Under the pieces are notes generated by a model. That model was given only the letters and a program-made list of their open reading frames with translations, did not search any database and was not told where the DNA came from. Below, in pieces: positions 62,844 to 64,000 of a stretch of 64,000 nt of DNA. Position numbers and translations under genes: made by a program. Numbering within the stretch: the stretch's first letter is position 1; every line of letters starts with the position of its first letter. This stretch comes from Atractiella rhizophila (taxonomy: Eukaryota). Location: contig MU271292.1 of NCBI GenBank assembly GCA_021432655.1, positions 1 to 64,000 of the forward strand, written 5' to 3'.

Positions 62844-64000
62844 TCTATCGCCTTCCAATGACGCAAATCCTGGTGATTTTTCAGTTTCATATATTTTAAA
62901 GAACTGCTTGGATTCAATAAAGTGTGCTTGGGGTTCTTTCTTTGTATTTGAAAGGGCATAACCGTTTCTGGCCATCGTTTAGCACCAGCAGTTACAAACG
63001 ACATTCGACGAATGTAAATTCTGTAGCAAAACTTGTGCCTTTCGTACGGAGAACCTTCATTCTCTGGACTCCAAATGCTTGCAGTCCGCAGATTTTAAAG
63101 AATACCCGATGGTTTCATTAGAGGGTAAGTCTCGCGCAAGAAAGTCAGCTCGGAAAAGGCATTTGTCGTTTCCCAGCTTCCAATTGGTTGGTCCCTACAC
63201 TCGGACTTTTCAAAATTCAAAAACCACCGTTGCTCATGATCAAGCTCCCAAGTTTGGAGAGAGTCATATAGGTAGGCATTGTAGGCATGAGAGAAGATAA
63301 AAGAGCGCCGATATCTGTGGACGTTGGACTGGAGGATAGGGATTTGGAGCTAGTAGGTGTCTTGTTATGAATCTCCGTCATGGACTTGTCAATTTAACCA
63401 GCCAGAGAGCCATCAAAGGCACATTGACGGCAAGGCGTGATCCTGATCCTGACCGTGCAAATGCAAAGACTTGGTCATAACAAATTCGACACAGTCAAAT
63501 GTATCGCTGTTGAGATTATCAACTCCTTGTCATATAATTCCCTACCTTGTCTATGACGGCCCAAAAAGAGCTGAACTGCTGCTAATACTACCTAATGTGG
63601 AGGCCCTGCCTTGCGCTTGTCAAGTCCTTAGGCCTGCTTTGACCCAGCTCCAGGAACTCAAGCCATTGCTGGAGGGCCGACCCTGTAGTTGGTACTGCAT
63701 ACCAAGTTGCTGGTAGTGAGACTGATGTCTACCACAACTGCACATCCAAATATCTCCTTGTCAACGAATCTGAAAAGACTTTCCATACAGGTTTCCACGA
63801 ATGATGTGGATGTCGTGGCCCCAACTAGATCAGATGTTCAAACCAGCTTGGATAACATGAACGATGTCTTCAATTTGAATAAGAAAGGACTGTGGTGTTT
63901 GGCTGCTCAACACTTTTCAAGGTAACTGGTATCACCTCTCTTTTGTTAAGGAGCTAACATGCTGATGGCCCGGAAACTCAGCACTTGGGGAGATCGTTGC

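Overview
This window is the left end of a fungal chromosome, most likely a basidiomycete (short GT-AG introns, (CCCTAA)n telomere at 1-95). About 1-29 kb is a dynamic subtelomere. It holds two paralogous F-box genes, one of them fused by splicing to a Gti1/Pac2 (WOPR) DNA-binding domain. It also holds decayed or truncated copies of PMA1 and a GYF-domain gene, a Crinkler-like REase-kinase, minisatellites, three related LTRs with a chromovirus remnant, a ~2 kb inverted-repeat element and a 3.3 kb tandem duplication of an MDR reductase gene. The most striking observation is that the 14-bp terminus of the inverted-repeat element (AGTACTGTTAGTAG, preceded internally by a telomere-like AACCCTAA) is exactly the sequence onto which the chromosome's telomere is attached. 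At 33-38 kb lies a spliced patatin-STAND-TPR fungal NLR with 19 exact 120-bp repeats. From ~39 kb the region looks like core genome: DUF1349, a KCS1-like inositol polyphosphate kinase, a Zn2Cys6-like gene, RRP17/NOP25, DIS3/RRP44, SEM1/DSS1 and hypothetical proteins. All calls come from manual reading of motifs; no searches were run, and exon boundaries not stated explicitly are approximate.
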